Below are positions 25,509-33,320 of a DNA stretch of 64,000 nt, piece after piece. The stretch covers positions 1-64,000 of IMG/VR virus record IMGVR_UViG_3300026512_000010; one strand, 5' to 3'. Within the stretch, counting starts at the first letter, position 1, and the number at the start of each line of letters is the position of its first letter. The notes under the pieces were generated by a model. It saw only the letters and a list, made by a program, of their open reading frames with translations. It was not told the origin of the DNA and searched no databases. The position numbers were made by a program, and so were the translations under genes. Source of the DNA: a virus.

Positions 25509-27329
25509 TTAAGAGAAAAGTTTAAGTTGAATATCTTTTGTATACTCAACTTTTTCAAACTCTTCTGAATTAGAAAAATCTCCTAAGATTTTTAAGATAT
25601 CATCTGTTAAAATATCTTCCAATCTTAATCTTGCTTCATTGTAAGCTCTTATTACTTCCATAAAAAGAGTTTCATTTTCTGAAGCAATAGATCTTGGTGG
25701 CATTACAAAATTGTTGATATAAAATGTATCTTCAATTAATATACCTAATGTTTTATAAATATTGTTTTCATCTATAAAATCATTACATTTAAAAATAATT
25801 TCATCAGCCATTGTATTTTTTGGCAATTTATCATTTATTTCTTTATTACCAAACCAAAGAGTATAAGGAACTTTTATATTTTGTGGCGAATAATAATTAT
25901 TATTCAAAGCATAAATTGAATTTTTTGTATTTATAATTAAAAAGCTTTCTGCTGCACCATCTTTAGCATCAGTCATATCACCACTAAAAATTACACTAGC
26001 ATTTGACCAGTTTGAATTCCAGCCAATTTTTCTAAATTGATTTGTTAATGATAAATCTAAATCTATACTTCTTCTATCAACATTTTCCCAGTAAATACCT
26101 AAAAGATTAAATCCTGTTACTTTTGTTCCAAATGGAACATCATTGAGAAATTGTTTTCCAGATGTTGGTAAAGCATAATTAGAATATTTTTCAGCATCAA
26201 AAATAATTCTTTCTTCAGCAATTTTTCCAAGAAATTTCATTCTAATAAAATTTATTGTCATTTCTAAGAATGATTTATAATCGCCATTAAAATAAACTTC
26301 CTCATACCAAACTTTACCATTTCTTATAACATACATAGCACCATTGGTATTATTTTCCTGACAATAAGCCCTATATTTTAAAGCATTACCAAGTTTTACA
26401 ACATAAGATAAATCCATATGTGTGATTAATTTCATAAAATCATCATATGTCATGCTTCCGTTTTCTATCATTTCAGTGACTCTTAGGTATTTTGGAAACC
26501 CTTTAGGCTTATGATATTTTTTAGAAAGTTTAGAAATTCTATTTATAGTCCATCTTAATTTTCTATCAGATGTAGATGATTTAATTCCCATAAATACTTT
26601 TTTGTATCTATTAAACCCTTCAGCAAGTGGTATAAATCCATATTCTTCTATAAATTTTTTCAAATAATCTAAAAATTTATTTGAATTATATGCTAATCTT
26701 TGAATAGTTTCTTTATTTTTAATAAATAAAGAGTTATCTGTAATTTTATAATTAACATATCCAAAGAATTCATCAATATTGTTTGGTGTTTTTTCAAACT
26801 CATCAAAAAGCATATATCTTAACTCTTTAGAAGGAATTTCATTAAAATTAATTTTTAGATCATATTCTCTTATAAAATCTATGATAAAATTAATTTCATC
26901 AAGTGTCCACTGCCTTGTATTATAAATATCTTCCATAAATCTTTCAACAAATTCATCAAAAGACAAAGAATCAATTACAATTAATTCTTTTATAGCCTGA
27001 TTAAACTCAGGATTATCTAAAAATACATCTTCTCCTTGAAGTCCATACCCATAAGTTGTCATATAATGTAACACTTGTTTCAAGAAAATCTCAAATCTTG
27101 TAGAATTTGCTACTCTTTCAAATGTGCTAAATGTTTTAGCTGTTTTTGATCTTGTAATTTCTGTTCTTAAAACTTCTTTTGCTTCCATTAAATCTTTTAA
27201 AGTAAAGTGTTGGAAATTGCCTATCACAAAAGGTAAAAGTTCTTTTAATACACTAACATCAACTTTTTCATCTTTTCCTGTATAAACAAATTTATTATAT
27301 CTATTATAAGCAAATCTTTGTAAATTCAT
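25509..27329 (-). CDS. Large hypothetical protein (606 aa)
   Basis: Long ORF; no catalytic motif recognised. Confidence 0.45.
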   Translation of the reverse strand: MNLQRFAYNRYNKFVYTGKDEKVDVSVLKELLPFVIGNFQHFTLKDLMEAKEVLRTEITRSKTAKTFSTFERVANSTRFEIFLKQVLHYMTTYGYGLQGEDVFLDNPEFNQAIKELIVIDSLSFDEFVERFMEDIYNTRQWTLDEINFIIDFIREYDLKINFNEIPSKELRYMLFDEFEKTPNNIDEFFGYVNYKITDNSLFIKNKETIQRLAYNSNKFLDYLKKFIEEYGFIPLAEGFNRYKKVFMGIKSSTSDRKLRWTINRISKLSKKYHKPKGFPKYLRVTEMIENGSMTYDDFMKLITHMDLSYVVKLGNALKYRAYCQENNTNGAMYVIRNGKVWYEEVYFNGDYKSFLEMTINFIRMKFLGKIAEERIIFDAEKYSNYALPTSGKQFLNDVPFGTKVTGFNLLGIYWENVDRRSIDLDLSLTNQFRKIGWNSNWSNASVIFSGDMTDAKDGAAESFLIINTKNSIYALNNNYYSPQNIKVPYTLWFGNKEINDKLPKNTMADEIIFKCNDFIDENNIYKTLGILIEDTFYINNFVMPPRSIASENETLFMEVIRAYNEARLRLEDILTDDILKILGDFSNSEEFEKVEYTKDIQLKLFS

Positions 27330-27339
27330 TTTAACTCCT

Positions 27340-27579
27340 TTAAATTAATTCAATCAATTCGTCAATTACACCTAATATACCATCACGATCGTCTTCATAA
27401 ACTTCATGAATTTTTCCATCAACATAAATCACATAAACATAAGAAGTTTCAAAATCTTCAGGAATTTCAAGTTCAATTTTACTTTTTTCACAAAATTCAG
27501 CTCTTACATTTTTCCCTTTTTCTATTAATTTTCTTTCAAAATTTTTAATTGTTCCATGAGCATCACCTAACCAACTCAT
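27340..27579 (-). CDS. Hypothetical acidic small protein
   Basis: ORF after promoter 27599-27638. Confidence 0.4.
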   Translation of the reverse strand: MSWLGDAHGTIKNFERKLIEKGKNVRAEFCEKSKIELEIPEDFETSYVYVIYVDGKIHEVYEDDRDGILGVIDELIELI

Positions 27580-27598
27580 TTTAACTCCTTTAACTTTT

Positions 27599-27638
27599 CT
27601 TATAAGTAATTATAATATATTTTTTGAAAAAAGTAAAG
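27599..27638 (-). promoter_or_regulatory. Conserved phage promoter cassette
   Basis: cttataagtaattataatatattttttgaaaaaagtaaag. Confidence 0.5.
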
Positions 27639-27658
27639 TAATTTTTTCATATTTTTAG

Positions 27659-27747
27659 TGAAATTTTATAAAAATAGATGAAGACTAAAAAAATACCCTA
27701 ATTTTATAAAATAAGGAAGTCTTTTTATCTATTTTTATAAAATTTCA
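27659..27747 (-). terminator. Long hairpin (21-bp perfect AT-rich stem, 47-nt loop with inner GAAGACT/AAGTCTT stem and T-run) immediately 3' of tRNA-Ser; putative terminator of tRNA cluster 1
   Basis: tgaaattttataaaaatagat (27659-27679) pairs with atctatttttataaaatttca (27727-27747). Confidence 0.35.
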
Positions 27748-27748
27748 A

Positions 27749-27833
27749 TGGCGGAGGGTGCAGGACTCGAACCTGCAAGTCTTTTCAGACCACGGATTAG
27801 CAATCCGCTCCCTTACCATTCGGACAACCCTCC
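27749..27833 (-). tRNA. tRNA-Ser (GCT), CCA encoded, long variable arm
   Basis: Reverse complement GGAGGGTTGTCCGAATGGTAAGGGAGCGGATTGCTAATCCGTGG...GGTTCGAGTCCTGCACCCTCCGCCA; anticodon loop TTGCTAA. Confidence 0.8.
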
Positions 27834-28006
27834 AAATTTAGAACACTATCCCGGGATAGTGTTCTGGGATATTTCACTTAAAATAATGAAGTGGCCAATT
27901 TCATTTATTTTTTAGTTACTATACCTCAGTGTCTATTTTGCTTCGCCAAACGACACCACCAAAAGCTCTTTAAATTTTTCTTAAAAAACTTAGAGAGTTT
28001 TTGTTT

Positions 28007-28093
28007 TGGTGCACAAGGTGGGACTCGAACCCACACGTCCTTGCAGACACTGAATTTTAAGTCCAGAGCGTCTACCAGTTCCGCCACTCGTGC
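28007..28093 (-). tRNA. tRNA-Leu (TAA)
   Basis: GCACGAGTGGCGGAACTGGTAGACGCTCTGGACTTAAAATTCAG...GGTTCGAGTCCCACCTTGTGCACCA; long variable arm. Confidence 0.8.
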
Positions 28094-28155
28094 AATGATC
28101 TACAGATAATCCTATAGAAGATACCTCTTTCTACACAATGGTAGATGAGCAATTT

Positions 28156-28230
28156 TGGCAAGGGATGATGGGATCGAACCACCAACATCGGTTTTGGAGA
28201 CCGACATTTTACCAATTAAACTAATCCCCT
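28156..28230 (-). tRNA. tRNA-Trp (CCA)
   Basis: anticodon loop CTCCAAA; T-arm GGTTCGATCC; 3' CCA. Confidence 0.75.
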
Positions 28231-28232
28231 AT

Positions 28233-28308
28233 GGTGATCAGGGTGGGGATCGAACCCACGACCACATGATTAAAAGTCATGTGCTCTACCGACTGAGCTA
28301 CCTGATCA
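28233..28308 (-). tRNA. tRNA-Lys (TTT)
   Basis: TGATCAGGTAGCTCAGTCGGTAGAGCACATGACTTTTAATCATG...GGGTTCGATCCCCACCCTGATCACCA. Confidence 0.8.
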
Positions 28309-28310
28309 TT

Positions 28311-28384
28311 TGGTTGCGGGGGCAGGACTCGAACCTGCGACCTTCGGGGTATGAGCCCGACAAACTACCACTGTTCCACCCCGC
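28311..28384 (-). tRNA. tRNA-Met (CAT)
   Basis: GCGGGGTGGAACAGTGGTAGTTTGTCGGGCTCATACCCCGAAG...GGTTCGAGTCCTGCCCCCGCAACCA. Confidence 0.75.
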
Positions 28385-28388
28385 ATTT

Positions 28389-28462
28389 TGGTATCCCCAA
28401 CGGGATTCGAACCCGTGTCAACTGATCGAAAATCAGTTATCCTAACCTCTAGACGATGGGGA
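28389..28462 (-). tRNA. tRNA-Glu (TTC)
   Basis: GTCCCCATCGTCTAGAGGTTAGGATAACTGATTTTCGATCAGT...GGGTTCGAATCCCGTTGGGGATACCA. Confidence 0.8.
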
Positions 28463-28463
28463 C

Positions 28464-28541
28464 ATGGTCTGGGTGGCAGGGCTCGAACCTGCGACCTCCT
28501 GGTCCCAAACCAGGCACTCTACCAAACTGAGCTACACCCAG
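28464..28541 (-). tRNA. tRNA-Pro (TGG)
   Basis: CTGGGTGTAGCTCAGTTTGGTAGAGTGCCTGGTTTGGGACCAGG...GGTTCGAGCCCTGCCACCCAGACCA. Confidence 0.8.
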
Positions 28542-28545
28542 ATGA

Positions 28546-28616
28546 TGCCGAGGGTAGGAATCGAACTACGACCATTAGATTTTCAATCTAACACTCTACC
28601 TCTGAGTTACCTCGGC
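28546..28616 (-). tRNA. tRNA-Phe (GAA), 3' CCA not encoded
   Basis: GCCGAGGTAACTCAGAGGTAGAGTGTTAGATTGAAAATCTAAT...AGTTCGATTCCTACCCTCGGCA followed by TCA rather than CCA. Confidence 0.7.
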
Positions 28617-28754
28617 AAGATCCAATTTTAAGGGAAATTGAAGCCCCTAACAAAATTCTTAAAAAGAACTTTATTAGAAGTTTTTATTAAAGGTGAAAAG
28701 TAAATAATATTAGATTAAAAGTCTAGTCATTTAGGAACTTTATTTACCTTTAAT

Positions 28755-28791
28755 ATTTATAATTATATTATAATTTCAATAAAAAGTAAAG
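28755..28791 (-). promoter_or_regulatory. Conserved phage promoter cassette driving tRNA sub-cluster 1 (Phe to Ser)
   Basis: atttataattatattataatttcaataaaaagtaaag. Confidence 0.5.
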
Positions 28792-28813
28792 TTTTTATTT
28801 AAAAATTTATTTT

Positions 28814-28888
28814 TGGCTCCCCCACCTGGATTCGAACCAGGGACATTCGGATTAACAGTCCGACGTTCTGCCACTGAACTATGAGGGA
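28814..28888 (-). tRNA. tRNA-Asn (GTT)
   Basis: TCCCTCATAGTTCAGTGGCAGAACGTCGGACTGTTAATCCGAA...CTGGTTCGAATCCAGGTGGGGGAGCCA. Confidence 0.8.
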
Positions 28889-28889
28889 T

Positions 28890-28964
28890 TGGTAGTCCCG
28901 AGAGGATTTGAACCTCTATTACCCGATTATCAGTCGAGCGTTCTAACCTATTGAACTACGGGAC
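28890..28964 (-). tRNA. tRNA-Ile (GAT)
   Basis: AGTCCCGTAGTTCAATAGGTTAGAACGCTCGACTGATAATCGGG...GGTTCAAATCCTCTCGGGACTACCA. Confidence 0.75.
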
Positions 28965-28965
28965 T

Positions 28966-29043
28966 ATGGAGCCAGGAGAGGGACTCGAACCCTCAACGAC
29001 CTGATTACAAGTCAGACATTCTAGCCAATTGAATTATCCTGGC
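28966..29043 (-). tRNA. tRNA-Thr (TGT)
   Basis: GCCAGGATAATTCAATTGGCTAGAATGTCTGACTTGTAATCAGG...GGGTTCGAGTCCCTCTCCTGGCTCCA. Confidence 0.8.
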
Positions 29044-29044
29044 A

Positions 29045-29121
29045 TGGCGGTGCGAACGGGACTCGAACCCGCAGCCTCTGGTGTGACAAACCAGCGTTCT
29101 AACCATTAGAACTACCGCACC
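29045..29121 (-). tRNA. tRNA-Asp (GTC)
   Basis: GGTGCGGTAGTTCTAATGGTTAGAACGCTGGTTTGTCACACCAG...GGGTTCGAGTCCCGTTCGCACCGCCA. Confidence 0.8.
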
Positions 29122-29143
29122 TTTATAAAATTATAATTATTAA

Positions 29144-29219
29144 TGGCTAGGGAGGTAGGACTCGAACCTACGGCCACCTGAGTCAAAGTCAGGTGTTCTA
29201 CCAACTGAACTACTCCCTA
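29144..29219 (-). tRNA. tRNA-Gln (TTG)
   Basis: TAGGGAGTAGTTCAGTTGGTAGAACACCTGACTTTGACTCAGG...AGGTTCGAGTCCTACCTCCCTAGCCA. Confidence 0.75.
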
Positions 29220-29220
29220 A

Positions 29221-29308
29221 TGGCAGAGGAGGTGGGATTCGAACCCACGGAAGTTTTACCTCCACTGGTTTTCAAGACCAGCACCTTAAACCACTCGGAC
29301 ACTCCTCT
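29221..29308 (-). tRNA. tRNA-Ser (TGA), long variable arm
   Basis: AGAGGAGTGTCCGAGTGGTTTAAGGTGCTGGTCTTGAAAACCAG...GGGTTCGAATCCCACCTCCTCTGCCA. Confidence 0.75.
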
Positions 29309-29316
29309 AAATTAAT

Positions 29317-29401
29317 GGTGGAGGCGGGTGGACTTGAACCACCAGTCCCAACGGGAACGGATTTACAGTCCGCACGGCTACCAATTACCGGTTACACCTC
29401 C
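29317..29401 (-). tRNA. tRNA-Tyr (GTA), long variable arm
   Basis: GGAGGTGTAACCGGTAATTGGTAGCCGTGCGGACTGTAAATCCGT...GGTTCAAGTCCACCCGCCTCCACCA. Confidence 0.8.
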
Positions 29402-29465
29402 ATAAAGGTGAGAGCTAATTTTTAAAAATCCAAACAATTTTTAACTTTAAGGAAGCTCTTTAACC

Positions 29466-29500
29466 TTATAATTATATTATAATTTTTAACAAAAGTAAAG
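29466..29500 (-). promoter_or_regulatory. Conserved phage promoter cassette driving tRNA sub-cluster 2 (Tyr to Asn)
   Basis: ttataattatattataatttttaacaaaagtaaag. Confidence 0.5.
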
Positions 29501-29526
29501 CATTTTATCTAAAATACTTAATAAAA

Positions 29527-29637
29527 TGGGAATGGAGATTTGAACTCCGGTCTCGCCCTCCATATTTTTATTGAGGTTTGGCTTCCTCTGGACTAACCAC
29601 CAATTTTTAAATTCTCCATTTTATTCAGGGTAATAAC
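29527..29637 (-). ncRNA. Aberrant tRNA-like / structured RNA element with its own promoter (T-arm-like GGAGTTCAAATCTCC, ends complementary, ends ...CCCA; no canonical cloverleaf found)
   Basis: Minus strand GGGTTATTACCCTGAATAAAATGGAGAATTTAAAAATTGGTGGTTAGTCCAGAGGAAGCCAAACCTCAATAAAAATATGGAGGGCGAGACCGGAGTTCAAATCTCCATTCCCA. 5' AATGGAGA(A)TTT pairs with 3' AAATCTCCATT. Confidence 0.25.
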
Positions 29638-29684
29638 CCTTATAAAAAATCTCATATTAAAATCTTTTATAAGTTTTATTATCT

Positions 29685-29719
29685 TTATAATTATATTATA
29701 ATTTTTAACAAAAGTAAAG
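29685..29719 (-). promoter_or_regulatory. Conserved phage promoter cassette upstream of the tRNA-like element
   Basis: tttataattatattataatttttaacaaaagtaaag. Confidence 0.5.
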
Positions 29720-29746
29720 TAATTTTTTTAAAAAAATTATAAATAG

Positions 29747-29823
29747 TGGAGCAGGAGACGAGACTCGAACTCGCGACCCTCAGCTTGGAAGGCTGACGCT
29801 CTAGCCAACTGAGCTACTCCTGC
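29747..29823 (-). tRNA. tRNA-Gly (TCC)
   Basis: GCAGGAGTAGCTCAGTTGGCTAGAGCGTCAGCCTTCCAAGCTGA...GAGTTCGAGTCTCGTCTCCTGCTCCA. Confidence 0.8.
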
Positions 29824-29825
29824 AA

Positions 29826-29901
29826 TGGTGGAGGCGACGGGAATCAAACCCGTGACCTTCTGCGTGCAAAACAGATGCTCTATCTACTGAGCTACGCCCC
29901 C
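29826..29901 (-). tRNA. tRNA-Ala (TGC), G3:U70
   Basis: GGGGGCGTAGCTCAGTAGATAGAGCATCTGTTTTGCACGCAGA...GGGTTTGATTCCCGTCGCCTCCACCA. Confidence 0.8.
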
Positions 29902-29978
29902 TGGTATGCCGTCCAGGATTTGAACCTGGAACTACAGGATTAGAAATCCTGTTCTCTATCCAGTTGAGCTAACGGCAT
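29902..29978 (-). tRNA. tRNA-Arg (TCT)
   Basis: ATGCCGTTAGCTCAACTGGATAGAGAACAGGATTTCTAATCCTG...AGGTTCAAATCCTGGACGGCATACCA. Confidence 0.75.
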
Positions 29979-29979
29979 G

Positions 29980-30065
29980 TGGTGCAGGAAGAGAGACTCG
30001 AACTCTCACGTCTTGCGACACCAGATCCTAAGTCTGGCGTGTCTACCAATTCCACCATTCCTGCA
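29980..30065 (-). tRNA. tRNA-Leu (TAG), long variable arm
   Basis: TGCAGGAATGGTGGAATTGGTAGACACGCCAGACTTAGGATCTGG...GAGTTCGAGTCTCTCTTCCTGCACCA. Confidence 0.75.
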
Positions 30066-30143
30066 AATTTATATTTATTATTTAATAAACAAATTTTCAA
30101 AAATCACCAAATTTAAGCTAAATTTAAGAAAAATTTTAAAAAT

Positions 30144-30193
30144 TGGGAAGACCAGAGGGAATCGAACCCTCGCCCACAGGGTCACGACCTGTG
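30144..30193 (-). pseudogene. tRNA-His (GTG) 3' fragment: anticodon arm, short variable loop, T-arm, acceptor 3' strand, C73 and CCA present; 5' acceptor strand and D-arm absent
   Basis: Minus strand ACAGGTCGTGACCCTGT GGGC GAGGGTTCGATTCCCTC TGGTCTT C CCA. Upstream sequence has no complementary acceptor strand; the stop of ORF 30227..30457 lies 34 nt upstream. Confidence 0.45.
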
Positions 30194-30226
30194 TTTCTAA
30201 CATTTAAATTATGGACTCCATAAATA

Positions 30227-30457
30227 TTAAAAAGCCATTAACATATTGTCAAATTGCTCTCCAGTAATTTTATTTTTTCTATAAAGTTTTTTAATAAAAG
30301 ATTTTATTAAAAAATTAGATTCTTTAAACATAATATGAATATCTAAAACTGTTTCTTTTATTTCTTTTTTGAGTTCTTCATCTCTAATTTTACCAGCTAA
30401 AATAATATTATCAACAATATATTCTGCTTCTTTAATTTTTAATTCTTTAGCCTTCAT
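30227..30457 (-). CDS. Hypothetical protein
   Basis: ORF after promoter 30478-30514. Confidence 0.4.
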   Translation of the reverse strand: MKAKELKIKEAEYIVDNIILAGKIRDEELKKEIKETVLDIHIMFKESNFLIKSFIKKLYRKNKITGEQFDNMLMAF

Positions 30458-30477
30458 TTTAACTCCTTAACATTTTT

Positions 30478-30514
30478 CTTATATAATTATATAATATTTT
30501 TTGCAAAAGTAAAG
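30478..30514 (-). promoter_or_regulatory. Conserved phage promoter cassette with upstream aaatttaagttaaatttaag element
   Basis: tcttatataattatataatattttttgcaaaagtaaag then tatttaagttaaatttaag. Confidence 0.5.
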
Positions 30515-30528
30515 TATTTAAGTTAAAT

Positions 30529-31020
30529 TTAAGAATTAAATCTGTCAGAATAAAACCATGAAGTTTTGTCTTCATCAATTTCACCATCTTTTAGAACATA
30601 AAATCTCTGATTTGTCGTTGGTGATGATAATGCTCCTAATTCTTCTTTGTATGCACCAACTTTTATATAATCAAGCTTTTTCAAAAATTCTTTAGTAAAT
30701 TTTGGAAAGTTTAATTCTCTCCCCGTGTATAAAGCTATTTTCAGATTTGGGTAATTATTTCTTATATAATCAATAATTCTATTAAGATCTTCAAAATCCC
30801 ATTCTCCACCATACAAAAGAACACAAGAAATATGCTTGTGTCTTTTCAATAATTTATCAATAACTTCATTTGTTAAAGGACCTTTACCACCTTTTGGATT
30901 CCAAGTATCTTTCGAGTGACATCCTTTACAGTGTAAATCACACCCAAAAAGCGAAATAGAAAGAGATATCTCGTCCGGAACCTCTTGAAATTGAATTTGC
31001 TCATAATCATAGTGTAACAT
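30529..31020 (-). CDS. nrdG: Anaerobic ribonucleotide reductase activating protein (NrdG)
   Basis: GCDLHCKGCHSKDTWN (Cx3Cx2C-x-N), typical NrdG; adjacent to nrdD. Confidence 0.8.
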   Translation of the reverse strand: MLHYDYEQIQFQEVPDEISLSISLFGCDLHCKGCHSKDTWNPKGGKGPLTNEVIDKLLKRHKHISCVLLYGGEWDFEDLNRIIDYIRNNYPNLKIALYTGRELNFPKFTKEFLKKLDYIKVGAYKEELGALSSPTTNQRFYVLKDGEIDEDKTSWFYSDRFNS

Positions 31021-31029
31021 TTTAAATCC

Positions 31030-32874
31030 TTATTTCACTCTTTCATAGAATCTTAATTTTTCTTCTTGCTGGCGGACTTTACTAAATGCTGTTACTCTTT
31101 TCAAATATCCTATAACTCTTGTTGCATGGTCAATATTTTTACTTCTACATTTAGGACATTCATATAATGTTCTTTTATCTATATGTCCACAATCGTTGCA
31201 TATAGTAATTTTGACGTTTGTTGTCCAATAATTACATCCCATTTTACCAGCTACATTTAGAAGTTTTCTGTAAGATTCTTTTGACGGATAATCAGCTAAA
31301 TTCAAATGAACTGCTTGCCCTCCATCTAAATATTGTGATGTTTCTTTACCGTGTAATTCCAATCTGTCTAATGCTGATAATGATTCATCTTCTGGTGCAT
31401 AAATATAACTTGAATATATGTTTCTATGTTCTGGAACCCAGTATCCATCTTTTTTATCCCAATTATAGTTTTTATTTGCTAAATTTTCTGCAGGGACGAA
31501 CTCGGTATTGAATTTTACACCATATTTTTTCTTACCTTTTTTATTTTCATCAGAAAATGTTTTAAGAACATCAGACACCCATTTCATATAATCTTCGTTA
31601 GGGCTAATTTCGTAACCAATAAATTCTGAAGCTTCCACTAATCCATTAATACCAATAGTGCTAAATTGTTTATCAATAGAAATAAATCCAGCTTCATAAA
31701 CAGGTAGCATATGATTTCCATAATACCATTCAACTATTTTTCTATACGCTACTTGATACTTATGAACTTTTCTGATATGCTCTTTAAGGTATTCAAGTAT
31801 TTTATCATAATTTTCTTTTGGATTTTCTATATTATATTTTTTAATAGCATCCTGAATTAATCTATTGAGATTCAAAGTCATAACTCCTACAGATCCCGTC
31901 TGAACACCACCAGCTCCTAAACTATAACTAAATTCATTTATCTGATCTTCTATATCATTTTTTAGACGACAACATGAACTCAATGCAGATGCATTCTTAT
32001 CCATAAAGATAAAGAATGAATTACCTTTAGACATTTCTTCAGAAAGAAAATCTTCATACTCTTTGTCTTTTAAACTTCCATCTTCATCCAATAAAATTGC
32101 AGCGGTTACAACAGGATAAGTTAAAATTGATTTAGTTCTTTCTTTGTTGAACCACTGCATAAAATATCTTTGCAGTTTATCAAGTGTTTCCCATTTAGGT
32201 TTTGACATATCTGGAAATACAAAATTTCCAAACATAGCATCGAAGTAATATTTATCATATATTGAGGTATTCCAGAATACTGACTGATATCCTCTTGCTG
32301 CAGCAGGTTGATTTAATGAATACACCACATGCTGTAGAGATTCCTTTATTTCTTCTTTATGCGTCTCTAAATATTTATCTCCATAATCTTTTCTTGCAAA
32401 ATAATCAAAATACATTAGCCATTCAACTGTTGCAACAGCTCCCGCAAATTGTGCAGCAGTAGCAAAAACAAAATTTATAAACACTCCATTAAAAGAATAT
32501 AGATGTTTGGGTGCCTTGGACTCCCCTCCCATCTTTGTCATACCATCTATAAGTAATGGATACATTGAAACTGAAGTGCAATAAGGTTTGATACTCGTTT
32601 CATCATGGCGATACAGTTCATGTGTTTCCAACTGTCTTATATAATCATCAGAAGTTTCTTTATCAAATAATTCAGTTATTTTATCAGTTAGAATTTTTCT
32701 ATTTAACTGTATATTAAAATCTTTCCAAATCTCTGTTTCTAATGTTGCAATATTTTTACTATCTACATTGGCATTAGCATCAAATTTAGATCCTTCTGCA
32801 GCATTTTCTGCTTCTATATAATGTCGAATAAAATCGATTTTTTCTTGTAATTGCTTATCACTTAATCTTGTCAT
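31030..32874 (-). CDS. nrdD: Anaerobic ribonucleoside-triphosphate reductase (NrdD)
   Basis: C-terminal Zn ribbon CNDCGH...CPKC and glycyl-radical motif TRVIGYL. Confidence 0.85.
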   Translation of the reverse strand: MTRLSDKQLQEKIDFIRHYIEAENAAEGSKFDANANVDSKNIATLETEIWKDFNIQLNRKILTDKITELFDKETSDDYIRQLETHELYRHDETSIKPYCTSVSMYPLLIDGMTKMGGESKAPKHLYSFNGVFINFVFATAAQFAGAVATVEWLMYFDYFARKDYGDKYLETHKEEIKESLQHVVYSLNQPAAARGYQSVFWNTSIYDKYYFDAMFGNFVFPDMSKPKWETLDKLQRYFMQWFNKERTKSILTYPVVTAAILLDEDGSLKDKEYEDFLSEEMSKGNSFFIFMDKNASALSSCCRLKNDIEDQINEFSYSLGAGGVQTGSVGVMTLNLNRLIQDAIKKYNIENPKENYDKILEYLKEHIRKVHKYQVAYRKIVEWYYGNHMLPVYEAGFISIDKQFSTIGINGLVEASEFIGYEISPNEDYMKWVSDVLKTFSDENKKGKKKYGVKFNTEFVPAENLANKNYNWDKKDGYWVPEHRNIYSSYIYAPEDESLSALDRLELHGKETSQYLDGGQAVHLNLADYPSKESYRKLLNVAGKMGCNYWTTNVKITICNDCGHIDKRTLYECPKCRSKNIDHATRVIGYLKRVTAFSKVRQQEEKLRFYERVK

Positions 32875-33311
32875 TTTATTTCCTCCAAAATTTCTTTAAC
32901 CTTATCAACAGTTACATATTTACCTGTTCTATCACTATAAACTATTCCGTCAACCACATAAAATCCACAATCATAATCATACTGTAAATATCTGTCAATT
33001 TTTTTACCATTTTCTTCTATATATTTATCTAATTTTTCTATAGGATCTTCATAATCTTCAATTTCTAAATTTTTTTTAAAAATTGCATACTTTTTATGAG
33101 GATTTAGTATAAATGGATTTATTTCAAAATTCATAGAAACTTCCTTAGGAGTATATCCATTTTCAAACTCATATACTTCATAATAAGAAGGATTTAGAAA
33201 CCTTTCCCACGGTTCAAGTTTCTTATTTTTATAGAATTCTTTTATTTCTTCAATAGATTTAGCTTTGTAATAATTATCATCATTTTTATATAAATACAAA
33301 AGAGGTTTCAT
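32871..33311 (-). CDS. Hypothetical protein
   Basis: ORF overlapping the nrdD start by 4 nt. Confidence 0.4.
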   Translation of the reverse strand: MKPLLYLYKNDDNYYKAKSIEEIKEFYKNKKLEPWERFLNPSYYEVYEFENGYTPKEVSMNFEINPFILNPHKKYAIFKKNLEIEDYEDPIEKLDKYIEENGKKIDRYLQYDYDCGFYVVDGIVYSDRTGKYVTVDKVKEILEEIK

Positions 33312-33320
33312 TTTTATCCT

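Noticed and set aside
27840-27863. Perfect 24-bp palindrome gaacactatcccgggatagtgttc as a terminator
   Set aside because: It lies inside a tRNA cluster between tRNA-Leu and tRNA-Ser with no U-tract on the transcribed strand. More likely a processing signal or chance palindrome, so it is noted but not called a terminator.
27891-30207. ORFs 27891..28109, 28155..28445, 28388..28591 and 29977..30207 in the tRNA island
   Set aside because: They overlap tRNA genes on the opposite strand. The GC-rich tRNA sequence creates spurious open frames.
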